Shown here one piece after another: positions 13,266 to 26,465 of a stretch of 64,000 nucleotides of DNA; within the stretch, counting starts at the first letter, position 1; each line of letters begins with the position of its first letter. The translations under genes were made by a program, and so were the position numbers. The notes under the pieces were generated by a model, which worked only from the letters and a program-made list of their open reading frames with translations, searched no databases and was not told the DNA's origin. Source of the DNA: Octopus vulgaris (lineage: Eukaryota); NCBI GenBank assembly GCA_951406725.2, contig OX597815.1:47244001-47308000 (forward strand). Direction: 5' to 3'.

Positions 13266-13872
13266 GTGTGTGTGTGCGTGTGTGTATGTGTGTATGTGTG
13301 TGTGTGTGTGTGCGTGTGTGTATGTGTGTATGTGTGTATGTGTGTGTGTGTGTGTGCGTGTGTGTATGTGTGTATGTGTGTGTGTGTGTGCGAGCAAGAT
13401 TGTTGCTATTTGATTTCTAAAAGAACTCATATGATTATGTATCCAGTTTCAGCGTGGACATTCAGTGTGGCATCATGGAAGATTATCTTGGTAGGTTTTT
13501 CTCTTCCACCATCACCTTCTGGTTGAATATATATATATATCATTTTATTTATTCGTCTCTTGAAGGCTTCAGATTTGTATCACCTTACCCTATACAGGAG
13601 ACACAATAAAGCAATTAAATTACTCTCTCCGTCCAGAGTAAGAACATGGCTACCAACTCACATAATTTGACCTAATCAAAGATTTTACTATCGCCATGTT
13701 TAGTGTCACTCATGTTTAACGACATCGAAATCGGTGGTTTCTTTATACGCAGCAAGTAATGGTTAGAAAGCAGGGATCTCCCAGCAGGCATAATGAACTG
13801 TAAGGCGTTTGGTATCGTATTGCTGCGTCTTTACATGAAATTCACGGCGAATAAAGGGAAGATTATAACAGA

Positions 13873-14100
13873 TTTTATTCTTTATTTGTTTCAGTCATTA
13901 GACTGCTGTCATGCTAGGGCACCGCCTTCAAGAACATATAGTCGTGTGAATCGATCATGGTACTTCTTTTTTCTTTTTTCTTAAGTCTGTTACTTATATT
14001 ATCGGCCTCTTTTGCCGAACTGTTAAGTTACGGAAACGTAAACACACCACCACCGGTTGTCATGTGAAGGTGGTGGGGCAAACACAGGCACAAACACACA
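13873..14100 (-). mobile_element. Family B SINE, 3' half, diverged
   Basis: TTGTTTCAGTCATT...CTCTTTTGCCGAAC is the reverse complement of the family tail. Confidence 0.75.
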
Positions 14101-14123
14101 CATACGTATATATATATATGTAT

Positions 14124-14197
<74 letters not shown>

Positions 14198-14365
14198 GTT
14201 AAACAGGACAGCTGTGCTGCTTAACAGTTATATATCCGCTGCATCGGAAATCTGCAATGGCTCCATTACTACCGTCTCGGCTATAACCTTGGAGACCCAG
14301 TAATCCGTTACAACACTTACCGAGCGTACGTAATTGTTTAGCTAACCTGTGAACTAAACCCTCAT

Positions 14366-14423
<58 letters not shown>

Positions 14424-14429
14424 TATATA

Positions 14430-14850
14430 TAAGGATATTGTTGTTTATAGTAATATCAGTGGCTTAGCATGCGTAAAAAAGAACCCTAAAAGTAAAAATT
14501 ATCAACTAATAATTAAGGGTACTAACAGGCAGTACCGGCATGCTAAAATAGCAGTCAAAATGATCAAATCACAAGTTTTGACTTAAACACAAAGGTGAAA
14601 GCAAGCAAATGAACAAAAATCCTAAGTCCTCGTACCAATGGCGAAAATAATCGAAAATTGAAACAGCCAGACATACCTGTATGACAGTGATTGCGAACTT
14701 TGAGAAACACACAGTTCATCTTCAGCGAGTCTTACTGACCTCAGGGTTGAAGAACTTGTTTATCTCAACCTATGTGTGCGATTTTTAATACCGTAGCAAA
14801 TTTTAATTTAAATGTCGCAGTGCGTTTTTGTAAATTATATTATTATTAGT
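14430..14850 (-). mobile_element. Probable PLE terminal-repeat fragment with degenerate hammerhead (14680-14730)
   Basis: Minus: CTGAAGA-T-GAACT..AGTTC-GCAA (GAAA mutated); adjacent to (TA)n. Confidence 0.35.
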
Positions 14851-14860
14851 ATGTATATAT

Positions 14861-15655
14861 ATTACATGGAAAAATGCGAGCAAGAGAAATAATATTCTTA
14901 AGACTATAAACCTGGAAGCAGGACAAGTTATTACTCTTGGAAAAGTTCATGACAGCTCATTACATCTGGTAAACTATAGAACAAGAAAATTTTTACTTAA
15001 AATATTGCAGCTAAGGATAACATTTCAAATAAAATGTTTAGATTTAGAAAATATTAGCTTTTATTAAAACTAAAAATTTTATTACAAGTTATTGCTTCTA
15101 ATTGTTATTACCTGTAACTACTATTAAAAATAAAAATAACTCAAAATATTTTTTGTACCTTAAAAAATTTCGTTTTCCATTTATAAATTAGAAATTAGAA
15201 ATTTGAAAATAGGTTATAAAAATTGTAGTAGTACATAATTGGTTAGTATAATAAATAGAATAATACAAAAATTAGTTATATATTACTGAAAAATCTACCT
15301 GTAACAACAATTTCACAGTAAAATTTGCTTGAATAAGTCCTTAAGTTATTGCCAAGTCTTCATATTTTTACATAAGGAATTTGCCTACCATATATACTAT
15401 TCTACTTTGCATAAAAGTTTAGCTTTATTGTTAGTGCTGGTTCTCATTTTTTAAGTATTCTAGTGTGTCAATATTTTAACAAGATGATGGTACCGTTTTT
15501 AATTATAATGTTACTTTGTAAATTAAAATTAAATCATTTTTAATATTAACATTTTATCCTTAGCTGCAATTTCCAAGTGTTATATCTTATCCTGTAATTT
15601 TCCAGGTTTAAATCTTAAGAATATTATTTCTCTTGCTCGTATTTTTCCATGTAAT
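14861..15655. mobile_element. MITE / non-autonomous TIR transposon
   Basis: ATTACATGGAAAAATGCGAGCAAGAGAAATAATATTCTTAAGA at 14861 matches its reverse complement ending at 15655 with one mismatch in 43 bp; inner inverted block TTGCAGCTAAGGATAA / TTATCCTTAGCTGCAA. Confidence 0.85.
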
Positions 15656-16352
15656 CCATGTTTTTTTTTTCTAGGCTATGCTATTATGGTAATTAATAAT
15701 GTGCCAAATGTGTCAATTAGAGGTGTCGTTAATAATTTTTTCCTTATCTAAATGACGCCGGTGACATGTGTTAAAAGTCCCCTTATAGAACTATATTTAT
15801 AAAAAGGTATTGAACTATATTGTCACCCTCAAATTTGAGAAACAAACACTCATAACGTTTTTCTTTTAAAACTTCACTGCATGAGATTGATATGATGAAA
15901 TTCCTCGAATTAAGCTCTATCATTTAAGCTTAATCAACATATTTTTAAAATAATGTTAATTATACTTAAATCCAAATTTTGCCTTATTTTTTATGATATT
16001 TTACCTCACAACTTTTTTGATACAAATTTTTGTTGCATGGGAACAAAATTGTAAAATTATTCATGCTTTCTTCTATCATTGAAGCTAAGATAAATATATT
16101 CGCTTTTATAATAAGAGTTATTTAGATCTAAACTTGATTGGTGGCATTACAACAAATTTTGATGTGAACTTTTTTTCTACTGGATCAGATCTCAATTCTT
16201 TATACCAAAATGTAGATAGGGACCAGTCCTCTTCAGAAATGTTAGCAGTTTTCAATTTGATTAAGAACTGAATTAGCGACAAGCTCTGAAAGGTGCCGCG
16301 TGCGAGTAAATTGCGGCCTCAAGAAAACTATTTAATTACTACAGTAGTTGAA

Positions 16353-16403
<51 letters not shown>

Positions 16404-16440
16404 CACATACATATATATGTATGTATACGTATATGTATAC

Positions 16441-16562
16441 AACGGGCTTTCTTTCAGTTTCCGTTTGCCAAATTCACTTACCCAAGATGGCACGCAATGG
16501 GACAGAACTCGGAACTATGTGGTCGGGAAGTAAAACCTCTCATCACAAGATTATGCCTGTAC
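16441..16562 (-). mobile_element. Family B SINE 5' fragment
   Basis: CTTTCAGTTTCCG...GGACAGAACTCGGAACTATGTGG is the reverse complement of the head. Confidence 0.7.
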
Positions 16563-17369
16563 TTATATTGAAAGAAAATAATCAGTAGTGTGAAATTTAA
16601 GCATACATTTTTGCCACTCAGTGGAATAGTTTTCTGTTGGGTGTGGTCTAGAAGTACACACACACACACACACACACATGCACGCACACACACACACTAT
16701 CTCTCACACACACATTCACGCATGTTATAAAAACAACACATTGGTGTATAAATTATCAAACGGCCGTTTACATATATACACTCACATATATGTATTTTAT
16801 CGCGCATTCCTTAATAGCCAATAGCAATCGACTTTCTATTATCCGTTCCTAATTAAGCAATCTTAGTACCGTGTTTAAATAACAGCTTACAATGTCTCCG
16901 TATCTAAATGTGTACTCGTACTTTTGGACATTATTCGATGAAAGTCATAACCTGGCGTAACTCCGAGTTGTAATGTGATATTATAACTTCATCTAATAAT
17001 AAATACAATACCCAGACATCCATACACACACGCAAACAAGCAAAACACTCATAGAAACACACAGGAGTAAACGTTTGTGAATATATACTTATAATAAAAT
17101 GGCCAGCAACGCACACGAATGCCTCTACATTCAGTTTAAAATGAATTAATAAAAAAAAGAATACTTTCAAAGATAAAGCTAAAGAAAGCCAAACGAAGAA
17201 AAAATAAATCGTTCATCGTCGGGTTGTAAATGTCATTTACTGCTTTGTTAATAAGCAGGTGTTTGTGTACGTGTCTCACTTCCTTCTTACTAATGTCGTG
17301 TTTATTTTGCTTCTACATGTTTATCTAAACTCTTGTTGTATTGCTCTCGGACAGAAAGAAATACATTGT

Positions 17370-17416
<47 letters not shown>

Positions 17417-17420
17417 TTCC

Positions 17421-17451
<31 letters not shown>

Positions 17452-18229
17452 GACTCCTTTTGGCATATTGCTCATTAATATTAACATAAGGTTTAGAAGA
17501 CGTCAATTATAATTAATATTATGAAGTTAGATTACTGTCGCACCTGCCATACGAAAGGAAAGAAAAACAGTTATTAGAAGAAGTCTTGGGGGTAGACTTC
17601 GGCCTTTTCCCGAATAAGAGTTCTTTTAACAATATATTACAAGGTATTATATATGACTATTTTCCCACTAAGGTATATCGTTAAATAATTATTTAGACAG
17701 TGTTTAGTTATAAATAACAATATTTTCAAGCAATGTTTCTTTGCTTTATGATTGAAATATAAATATTAAGTATTTGTGAAGAATAACATAGACTACTTCC
17801 CAAAGAAAACCAGTTGACTCATCAGAAAAGCTTGAAGCTCGAAAATGCTTTAACTCATAGAATTAATGATCCTTCTCCATGTCTTTTACTCTACGAATAA
17901 AAACGTCCCCGCATTTCTGGGATAGCTAGCTACATACTCTCTTCATTTAAGCTCTTCTAACTTCCATCATTCTGCAAACCTCAGTTGAAATCCCTCTGCC
18001 TGAAGTAGAACACGCCACCCGTTTCTCACCACAGCTGTTCAAATCTTTGGAAATATAAAGGATTTTTGCTGTTGTTACAGTTCATGGTTCTCGTCTATCA
18101 GACAGCGATCTACAGACAGATGTTCAAGCTGAAACATCAACTGTATCATCGATCAATCAGACCAGTCCCGGAGGGTTCCCAGAGGTTATGGGTACTTATG
18201 CCTTCTTCTGACTCTAGTAAAAAAGGAAA

Positions 18230-18230
18230 A

Positions 18231-18276
<46 letters not shown>

Positions 18277-18277
18277 G

Positions 18278-18360
<83 letters not shown>
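18230..18360. repeat. Compound (ACT)n(AAT)n microsatellite
   Basis: Directly visible. Confidence 0.95.
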
Positions 18361-18363
<3 letters not shown>

Positions 18364-18496
18364 ATATTGTTTGAACTGGAAGGGGAGGTGACGGCCAAAT
18401 ACCGATTCGGTTATGACTTATAGTGCATTTCAAATGGCTTTTAATGTTACCTATTTATAATGAGATAAATATACATAATACATGGACAGAAACATA

Positions 18497-18533
<37 letters not shown>

Positions 18534-18799
18534 AAGTATATGTATATATATATGTGTGTGTATATATATATATATATATACGTATAGATATATATGTGCA
18601 TAGATATATATATGTATATATATACATGTATATATATATGTATATATCTATATCTATATATATATATGTGTATATGTATATGTATGTACATATATATATG
18701 TGTGTGTGTATATACATGCATATATATATATATATCTTTATATATATATATATATATTTATGTCTATATGTATATGTTTGTATATATATATATATATGT

Positions 18800-18863
<64 letters not shown>

Positions 18864-19685
18864 TTGTGTATGTATGTATGTATATGTATGTGTATGCATT
18901 AATATGAGGGAGAGGAGATAGATCACAAATAGATATAATCACATTCGTACTGAGGGTCAGACAGACAATTTGACAGACAGATAGACAGACAGATCTAAGG
19001 CTCACAATCTTATCTTCTCACAATATATTCGTCTCTGTCAGTCTGATAGAGATCGTTCCAGTTGTCAGACGATCGCTGAAGCAGAGCATTATGGAAGAGG
19101 TTAGCAAAAACCGCTCACTCATTTATTTCAAAAATAATATCTCAGCCAACGTTAATCAAAGCACAACTCAAGACGACGACGACGACTACCACCACAGCCA
19201 TCACCACCACCAGCTCCACCACTACCGTCAACACCACCAATACCAACAACAACAACAACAGCAATAGCAACAACACCATGTGATTTATTAGCATTCACAT
19301 TTCAATTCTATATAATGTTAAATAGTAAAATTTCACAGAAATAGATTTGTATTGTTATTGATGTTAATAGTCACATAAATAATACCACCTCTTTACTCTC
19401 AGCAACCTAGAATTAATCGAGATAACGTGGCTAGTCTTTATGAGGTTATTTGGCTTGCTAGAAGTAACAGCCTAATCTTCTTAATGCCTGAAGAAAACAA
19501 AACAAAGAAAAACAGTAAAACATTCGCTACTGTAGCCGTAGATGTATAAAACACAGGATGGTCATATTTGGCTTTACCCTCTGGATCAATCAATTATGGA
19601 TCTAAGGGATTCATGTGACAAGAGATCATCTTTGAAGTTGTTCCTCTGCTCTTACAGGATTTCTGAATAATCAAGCATCGCAAAT

Positions 19686-19738
<53 letters not shown>

Positions 19739-19992
19739 TCCTATTACTATTTAGTTTTGATCTAACAGACCTATTATGAAAGACACTCCAGCCACGAACA
19801 ACCTGTCTCTGAGGGTACCCAGAGCTACATTATTAACCAAAGTGTCCTCCCTTCTTGAAGACAGTAAGGCGTTATTCGAGATAGTCCTGACTTTTGTTTC
19901 TAATAGGTCGCGACAAAATAGAGGCTTCCTCATTGAATCGTATATAAAAAGATATTAAAATACATAGTAAAGTTCGCAGAAAAATGTTTATA

Positions 19993-20800
19993 TATGTACA
20001 TATATGTATGTATATATGCACATATTTATATATAATTTACATTATTATATGATCGACCGCCACGCATCCATTTCAAAGTAAGCTTTATCTTAATAATTAT
20101 GATGCGCACTCTTCTATCTCTACTATCTCTTCTCTGTCTATCTCTTTCCCTCTCTTGTTCTTCATCCTTTCTGGTTTTCTCTCCCATCTTTTCCTATTCT
20201 TCTCCTCTCCTGTTCCTCGTTCCCTATCTCTCACTCTTCCTCCTGGACTCTCTCGTCGCCGACACGTGACAAAAGGGAATCTATGTTTCTGCCCATATCC
20301 TTCCTAAAGACAACACGTGCTTATACCTGTCTCCACTCATAAGCTCGTCTTCCTAGCGTTCATAATAATTTTGCTATCGTCTTGACTTAACAGCCCTCAC
20401 CGTTTGTTTTTACTGTCTTATTCTCACTGTCCTGTTCTTGTTACCACTTTAACCCTCCGCAAAAGTCCCGAATTTTATTTAACTTGCTTTGCGGGAAGGA
20501 TTGTTTCAACGAAGTCGCGTATTGTCATTGCCTTCGAAAACGCGGCGTAGATGAAATAGGGACAACTGATGAAGGGAATAGTCTTTATGCTGCATGTCTC
20601 GTTTCTCTTTTTGTTATTTTTCGTTGTTCAAAAAAGTTCGTTTTCTATGTTTTTGCTTTTATGTCTTCGTTTCTCATTGTGTTCAACGTTTTTTTGATGT
20701 ACTGTACCCATATATGCATGTATATATACATATATATGTAGGTATGTACATATATGTATGTATATATGCATATATTTATATATCATTTATATTATTATAT
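19993..20800 (+). mobile_element. 750-bp non-coding unit with 58-bp terminal redundancy (PLE terminal repeat or retrozyme-like)
   Basis: 19993-20050 is repeated at 20743-20800 with 3 mismatches; hammerhead-like remnant at about 20503-20557; a related junction fragment lies at 33634-33720. Confidence 0.5.
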
Positions 20801-21189
20801 ATATGTTCGTGTTATACAATAATGTAGATAAATGTATATTCATCGATGCTAAAAGAACGCTATACTGTATTGCATCTCCAACTCAGTTCAACTTGCCTTA
20901 AAATAGCTTGTCTAATTTAATAATAATTTAATAATCGTGGTTTTGATGCGAGAACCGGGTAGTGTGTCCCTACTTTGAGCAAGATACTACATTCGAGTTT
21001 CTCCAGGTTATTCGGCTAAAAATGAGAACTACCCCACTATTGATGCAATCCCCACCTTTCGATTGCAATCACCTGGGGTGTGCCACTGCGTCAAAGTGAG
21101 AGGTCTGATTGGGTCTATGGTATGCTCGTCTCTATAAAGGCAAGTAAAACAGTTAGCGAATATATGATTACATGGTACATGTTCCCAAG

Positions 21190-21406
21190 TAATCCTTTCT
21201 ACTAAAGGCACAAGGCATGAAATTTTGGGGGAGAGGACAAGTCGATTACATTGACCCCAGTATTTCATGGTACTTAATTTATCGACCTCGAAAGAATGAA
21301 AGGCAAAGTCGACCTCGGCGGAATTTGAACTCAGAGCGTAACGGTAGACGAAATACCGCTAAGCATTTCGCCCGGCGCGCTAAAGATTCTGCCAGCTCGC
21401 CACCTT
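21190..21406 (-). mobile_element. tRNA-derived SINE with Meta-like central domain (family C)
   Basis: Minus: AGGTGGCGAGCTGGCAGAATC...GAGTTCAAATTCCGCCGAGGTCGACTTTGCCTTTCAT. Confidence 0.85.
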
Positions 21407-21974
21407 TGCTTGCAAGTAACAGTTCTGCGCTCTATAATTTGATAAGGAACCTTGGGTATCATTTCCAACATGTTTTTGTTTAGCCTCATATCATCTCTTA
21501 CTGAGCAAAGGAGACGATCTGAAAACTTTTCAATGATGACCAAAAGTGGGTAATATTTTTAGACACTGTATCGAAGCCTTCTTTCACTTTGAGATATAGA
21601 TATACTCTGCTTAATAATGAATTGGTTGCTATTCCCGTATGATCAAAAACTTACATCGAGGTTCCCTTCTTGGTATGTGGTAGTTTATAGACATCACAGT
21701 TTAAGAAGAAAACAGTACAACACATATTAGGTTTCAAGTAAAGATGACCTGTGTACCAAAGTTGCTTCAGTCATGATGTATTCATCTTCAGACATAATGC
21801 ATCAAATGTGTAATTTCTATAAAGTCGACAGAGAATACTTTGAGACTTGGCTGCTTTCCTCCTTATTTCTGCATACTAAGAATGGACAACTAGAAGAATT
21901 CAAGGTAAATTTTCGTTGGCGTACTATTCTGAAAGTTCCGCGGTCCATAGTTTGCCCATGACTGTTATATACCT

Positions 21975-22285
21975 TACTTTAATTTCAATGGTGTACATGT
22001 TTAATTGTTAAACTCTAAGGGTTTCAATTCTCTAATACTTTAAACTCCAGTGGGTCAAGTGTTTAATAGTTTAATTCTGGTTTAATAGTTTAACTCCAAG
22101 ATTGAATGGGTTTAATGCATTATTTCAAAGGATTAACATGTTTAGTAGTTTGGCTCTAAGGGTAATTGTGCTTGAGGAATGAACCTGCTTAATAATTTAT
22201 CTCCAAAAAGGAATATCTTTCATAGTTTACTTTAAAGATTGAACACATTTAATAGCTTAACTCCATGGATTAACATATTTACCTC
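21975..22285. repeat. Degenerate ~30-bp minisatellite
   Basis: About ten units resembling TTTAATAGTTTAACTCCAAGGGTTAACATG. Confidence 0.6.
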
Positions 22286-22574
22286 GACCAAACTATTTGG
22301 GGTTAATAAACAAAGGACAGAAATGAAGTCCCACTACCAGGAATTTTGAGCATATTCTTCAGATTCATCTATTCTGAAACCCTACCAAGATATGTAATAT
22401 TGATCTGAAATTTTATTACATTATGTTTTTGAGGAAGAAAGTTGTGTAAATCAATCGATTATATCAAGAATTACGACCTACAGACTTCACTGGAATTTAT
22501 TTCATACACATTTAAATTATGATACTCTAAGTAGTTCCGGTACGATTTGAAATTTGAACGTAAAATAACAATCA

Positions 22575-22786
22575 AATATTGGCTTCAAATTTTGGGAAAA
22601 GGCTAGCAATTTCGGGCGAGTGGATAAGTTGATTACATCGACCTCCAATACTCAGCTAGTTTTTATTTTGTTTTATCGACACTGAAAGGATGAAAGGCAA
22701 AGTCGACCTCGACGGAATCTGAACTCAGAATGTACAGACGAAATACCGCTGAGCATTTCACCCGACATGCTAACGATTCTGCCAGC
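22575..22786 (-). mobile_element. Family C SINE
   Basis: AAAGGATGAAAGGCAAAGTCGACCTCG...GATTCTGCCAGC. Confidence 0.8.
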
Positions 22787-24976
22787 GCAACGGCTAATAA
22801 TTTAATATATTTTACAATATGTAGTTTCTTCTTTTATGGTTCTTGCTTTTGTTGTTTAATCCACCGTATTTATTATCAAAGGTATTTCACCAATAACCAT
22901 CCCATGTTTTGTCCAGTTATTTTCTCTCCATGCAGGAAATCATGGGTCACTTTATATATGTTTTTTCTCTTATGAGAGTATGGTTTGAGTTGGTATTTGT
23001 TTCTAGCAGAGCAGTGACCACATAGATGGTCTCTCATTGGCCTGTTTACTTCATGGTATAGTCAGATGAGGCAGAGTAGCATTCGTGATGGTTGGAGGAC
23101 TTCTGAGAATGGTGAGGAAAGTAAGGTGCTGCCTGCAGACTGATAATCTGGTTTGAGTAATTAGAACTGAGTTTGCCTCCGCTTACGATTGATGATATTA
23201 TTCTACGTTGCTCTACCAATTCTGCCATCTGTTATCGCTTTATATCTTATATTTTGAGTACCTTCACCATTTTCCAAGACTAATGGTTAATAAATGCATA
23301 TTCGTCGTAAAGAAGTTAATCTCCTGTAACGAAATACAACAGCGATTTGCATATTCATGTTCGAATCTGCCGAAATATATTGCGAATAAATATTCAAGTC
23401 CTCGCACACTATTTCAATTATAATAGTTGTAATCACGATCTATACCTCTTATTGCGAAGATTATGATGGTATAAATTTATAAATTGATTGAATCGCCATG
23501 CATTAATTTCATTATTTTTGGTGTATTTATTCAATTTAATCACACGTAGATCTATGTTTTCCGGATAAGCAACACATCGGATACGCACCTACGGTGGCGT
23601 TGGTGTGTAGAACATACTCTCTCCAAGAATTATCATTCTTCTCATGGGTAGTGGTTTAAACCCTGCTAGGCCAAGACTGGATTGATCTATGATCGAAGTG
23701 TTCAAGCCTTCTTTTCAGGTATAACATATCTAGCATTCCATTATCTCATGTGAAATTTCTCAAACTGTACTGACTATCTATAAACGACATGATGCAAATT
23801 GAGGCGTATTTCGTTGTTCTTTCTATCAGTTCGTAAAGTTACTTAGAGGAATTGCATCGATAGTGTCTTTCAAGCTAGAGGTGAGGAATAATTCTATGAG
23901 TGTATGTATAAATTGATTTGCCAAATATACAGCATAGCACAGTATACAAACTCATTAGCTAAAGCGAAAATACAGAGTTTGGTAACTGTTCAAGTCAGTC
24001 AATGTATCATGCGTATCAGTTATCATTTAAATCAAAGTTATGCATCAATTAAGCTTAACGTGACATTCCTTTAATTGGACTCTCAAACAGTTAATTGCGA
24101 TGTATAATGAGTCAGCCTAAAGATGAGATGGTATTATTATAACACCTTGATAAATAACAAAGCTACTGAATAATTTTTTAAAATTCGAATCTATTAATAA
24201 TGAATTGTTTTGTAACTTATATATGCAAGTAACTATCATTATAGGAATATATGCAATTTACTACGCAATAGCTTCTCCTGTAATCAATAGATAATTGGTG
24301 AAGAAAAGCCGTCCAGTTACGTCTATAATTAGTAAGCAAATGAATTATTTTGTAATCCTCTGCCTGTCTTAAGCATTTTCATAAGTTTGTCCGACATGTC
24401 TATGCTGGTTTCTAGATTTTTAGTTAGCCCTTGTTCCAAACGTTCTGAGTAATATAAAGCTTTCTGTTCATAGGTTACTCTGATAGCTGAAGAAAAAAAT
24501 GCATACGTGTTTCATATGCGATGCTTAGCCGCCAGGGAACATGATAAATAACTCGTGACATTTTGAATCTCAACTACTTATTGGTTGCGATGGTGAGATA
24601 GAACTTTTGATGATGTTACAGAAACATTCGAAAACACCTGAGTGGCTTTTATAGCTGAGATTGCAAGCCATTTTGATGGCTTACACAGCCAAAGCGACGA
24701 TGCCACCTCTTGCTCTTCCTTACTTTCAGATGAAGATCCATGTTTAAAACGTTAGATTTTTTTAACTGATCTAATCAAACTCTCCTGTAATCATTTTTAT
24801 AGCCAAATGTTTTCTGAATCTGACTGATAGCATTTTCATCGGAATTTTACACTCATTAATTTCTCACTTCAACAATAGTTCGACAAATGTAGCGATATCT
24901 CATAGAAACATAAAAATATGTTGCTTGGAAAAGATAGGTACGATACTTTCACACACCCGTCCGTCCAACTATCTGC

Positions 24977-25060
<84 letters not shown>

Positions 25061-25160
25061 TCTTCACTTCTAGAGATAAAGAGAGACAGAGTGAGAAGCT
25101 TCTTCGCTTTTAGAGATAAAGAGAGACAGAGTGAGAAGAGAGAGGCTGACAAGCAGAGGC

Positions 25161-25195
<35 letters not shown>

Positions 25196-25589
25196 GAGGA
25201 GAGTGAGATAGATAGATAGAGAGAGAGATAAATAGATAGATAAATAGAGTGAGGGAGAGAGCGGGGGTAAGTTACTTTTTTCCTTGCTCCTTCGTGAACT
25301 AATTCTCGAGGTCAGAGAATACACTATTTCGTTACCCACCATTGTAATGCTTTCTCTTCAGACTAAATCCGATCTATGTCTAAAACCTGCTTGTGAATTG
25401 TTTCTAAAATCATTAACATCTACGGTATTTCGTTTGGAAAAGTATGTGTAGATTAGTGCCATTCAAATTGTTCAGGTTCATGCCATTAACCATTAACTTG
25501 TAATTATGTTTACCTTCCAAAGGGTGTGTACACTGCTGTAAAATATACTAGACTCCAGCGCTTAACTGGTACTTATGTCAACAGACAGC

Positions 25590-26465
25590 CTGCTTAGCAA
25601 CATTTTCCTCAGTCTTTACGATCTGGGTTCAAATTCCGCCGAGGTCGACTTTGTCTTTCATCCTTTCGGGGTCGATAAATTAAGTAAGTACCAATGAAAC
25701 ACCGATGTCGATGTAATCGACTAGTACCTTCCCACCAAATTTCAGACCTTTTGCCTTAAGTAGAAACGATTATTATTATTATTATTGGAAAGGTGGCGAG
25801 TTGGCAGAATGGTTAGCACGCTGGGCGAAATGTTTAGCGGTATTTCGCCGTCGCTACATTCTGAGTTCAAATTCTGCCGAGGTGGACTTTGTCTTTTATC
25901 CTCCGGGGTCGTTAGAATAAGTACCAGTTGAGCACTGGGGTCGACATAAATTTCAGGCCTTGTGTCTTTAGTAGAAATGATTATTATTATTATTGGAAAG
26001 GCGGTGAGTTGGCAGAACCGTTACCACGCTGGGCAAAATACTTAGCTGCATTTCATCCGACTTTATGTTCTGAGTTCCAATTACGCCGCGGTCGACTTTG
26101 CTTTCCATCATTTCGGGGTCGATAAAATAAGTACCAGTTGAGTACTGAGGCCGATGTAATCGACTTAATCCCTGCCTCGAAATTACTGGCCTTGTGCCAG
26201 AGCTTTAAATTATTATTATTATTATTTAGGCGACGAACGGACAAAAACCTTAGCATGTCGGACAGAACGCTTAGCGGCATTTCTGTTAGCCCTTTTCAGG
26301 CATTTCTGCTCTGAATTCAAATACCATGGTCATCAATCTTGTATTTCATCCTTTCGGGATCGATAATATACAATTCCAGTCAAACACTGAGATTGGGGTA
26401 AGCAACTAACCCCTCTCCTTAAACCTATTTGTCTCCAGCTAAAATTTGTGATCACTATTATTGTT
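25590..26465 (+). mobile_element. Head-to-tail cluster of four family C SINEs
   Basis: Units start near 25590, 25789, 25997 and 26228, each with the CTTTCATCC..CGGGGTCG domain and a (TTA)n tail. Confidence 0.85.

Noticed and set aside
17540-18200. Possible very old PLE end with a hammerhead trace (CTGAAG..ACAGCTGT near 18000-18040)
   Set aside because: GAAA is missing and the protein similarity is too weak to call.
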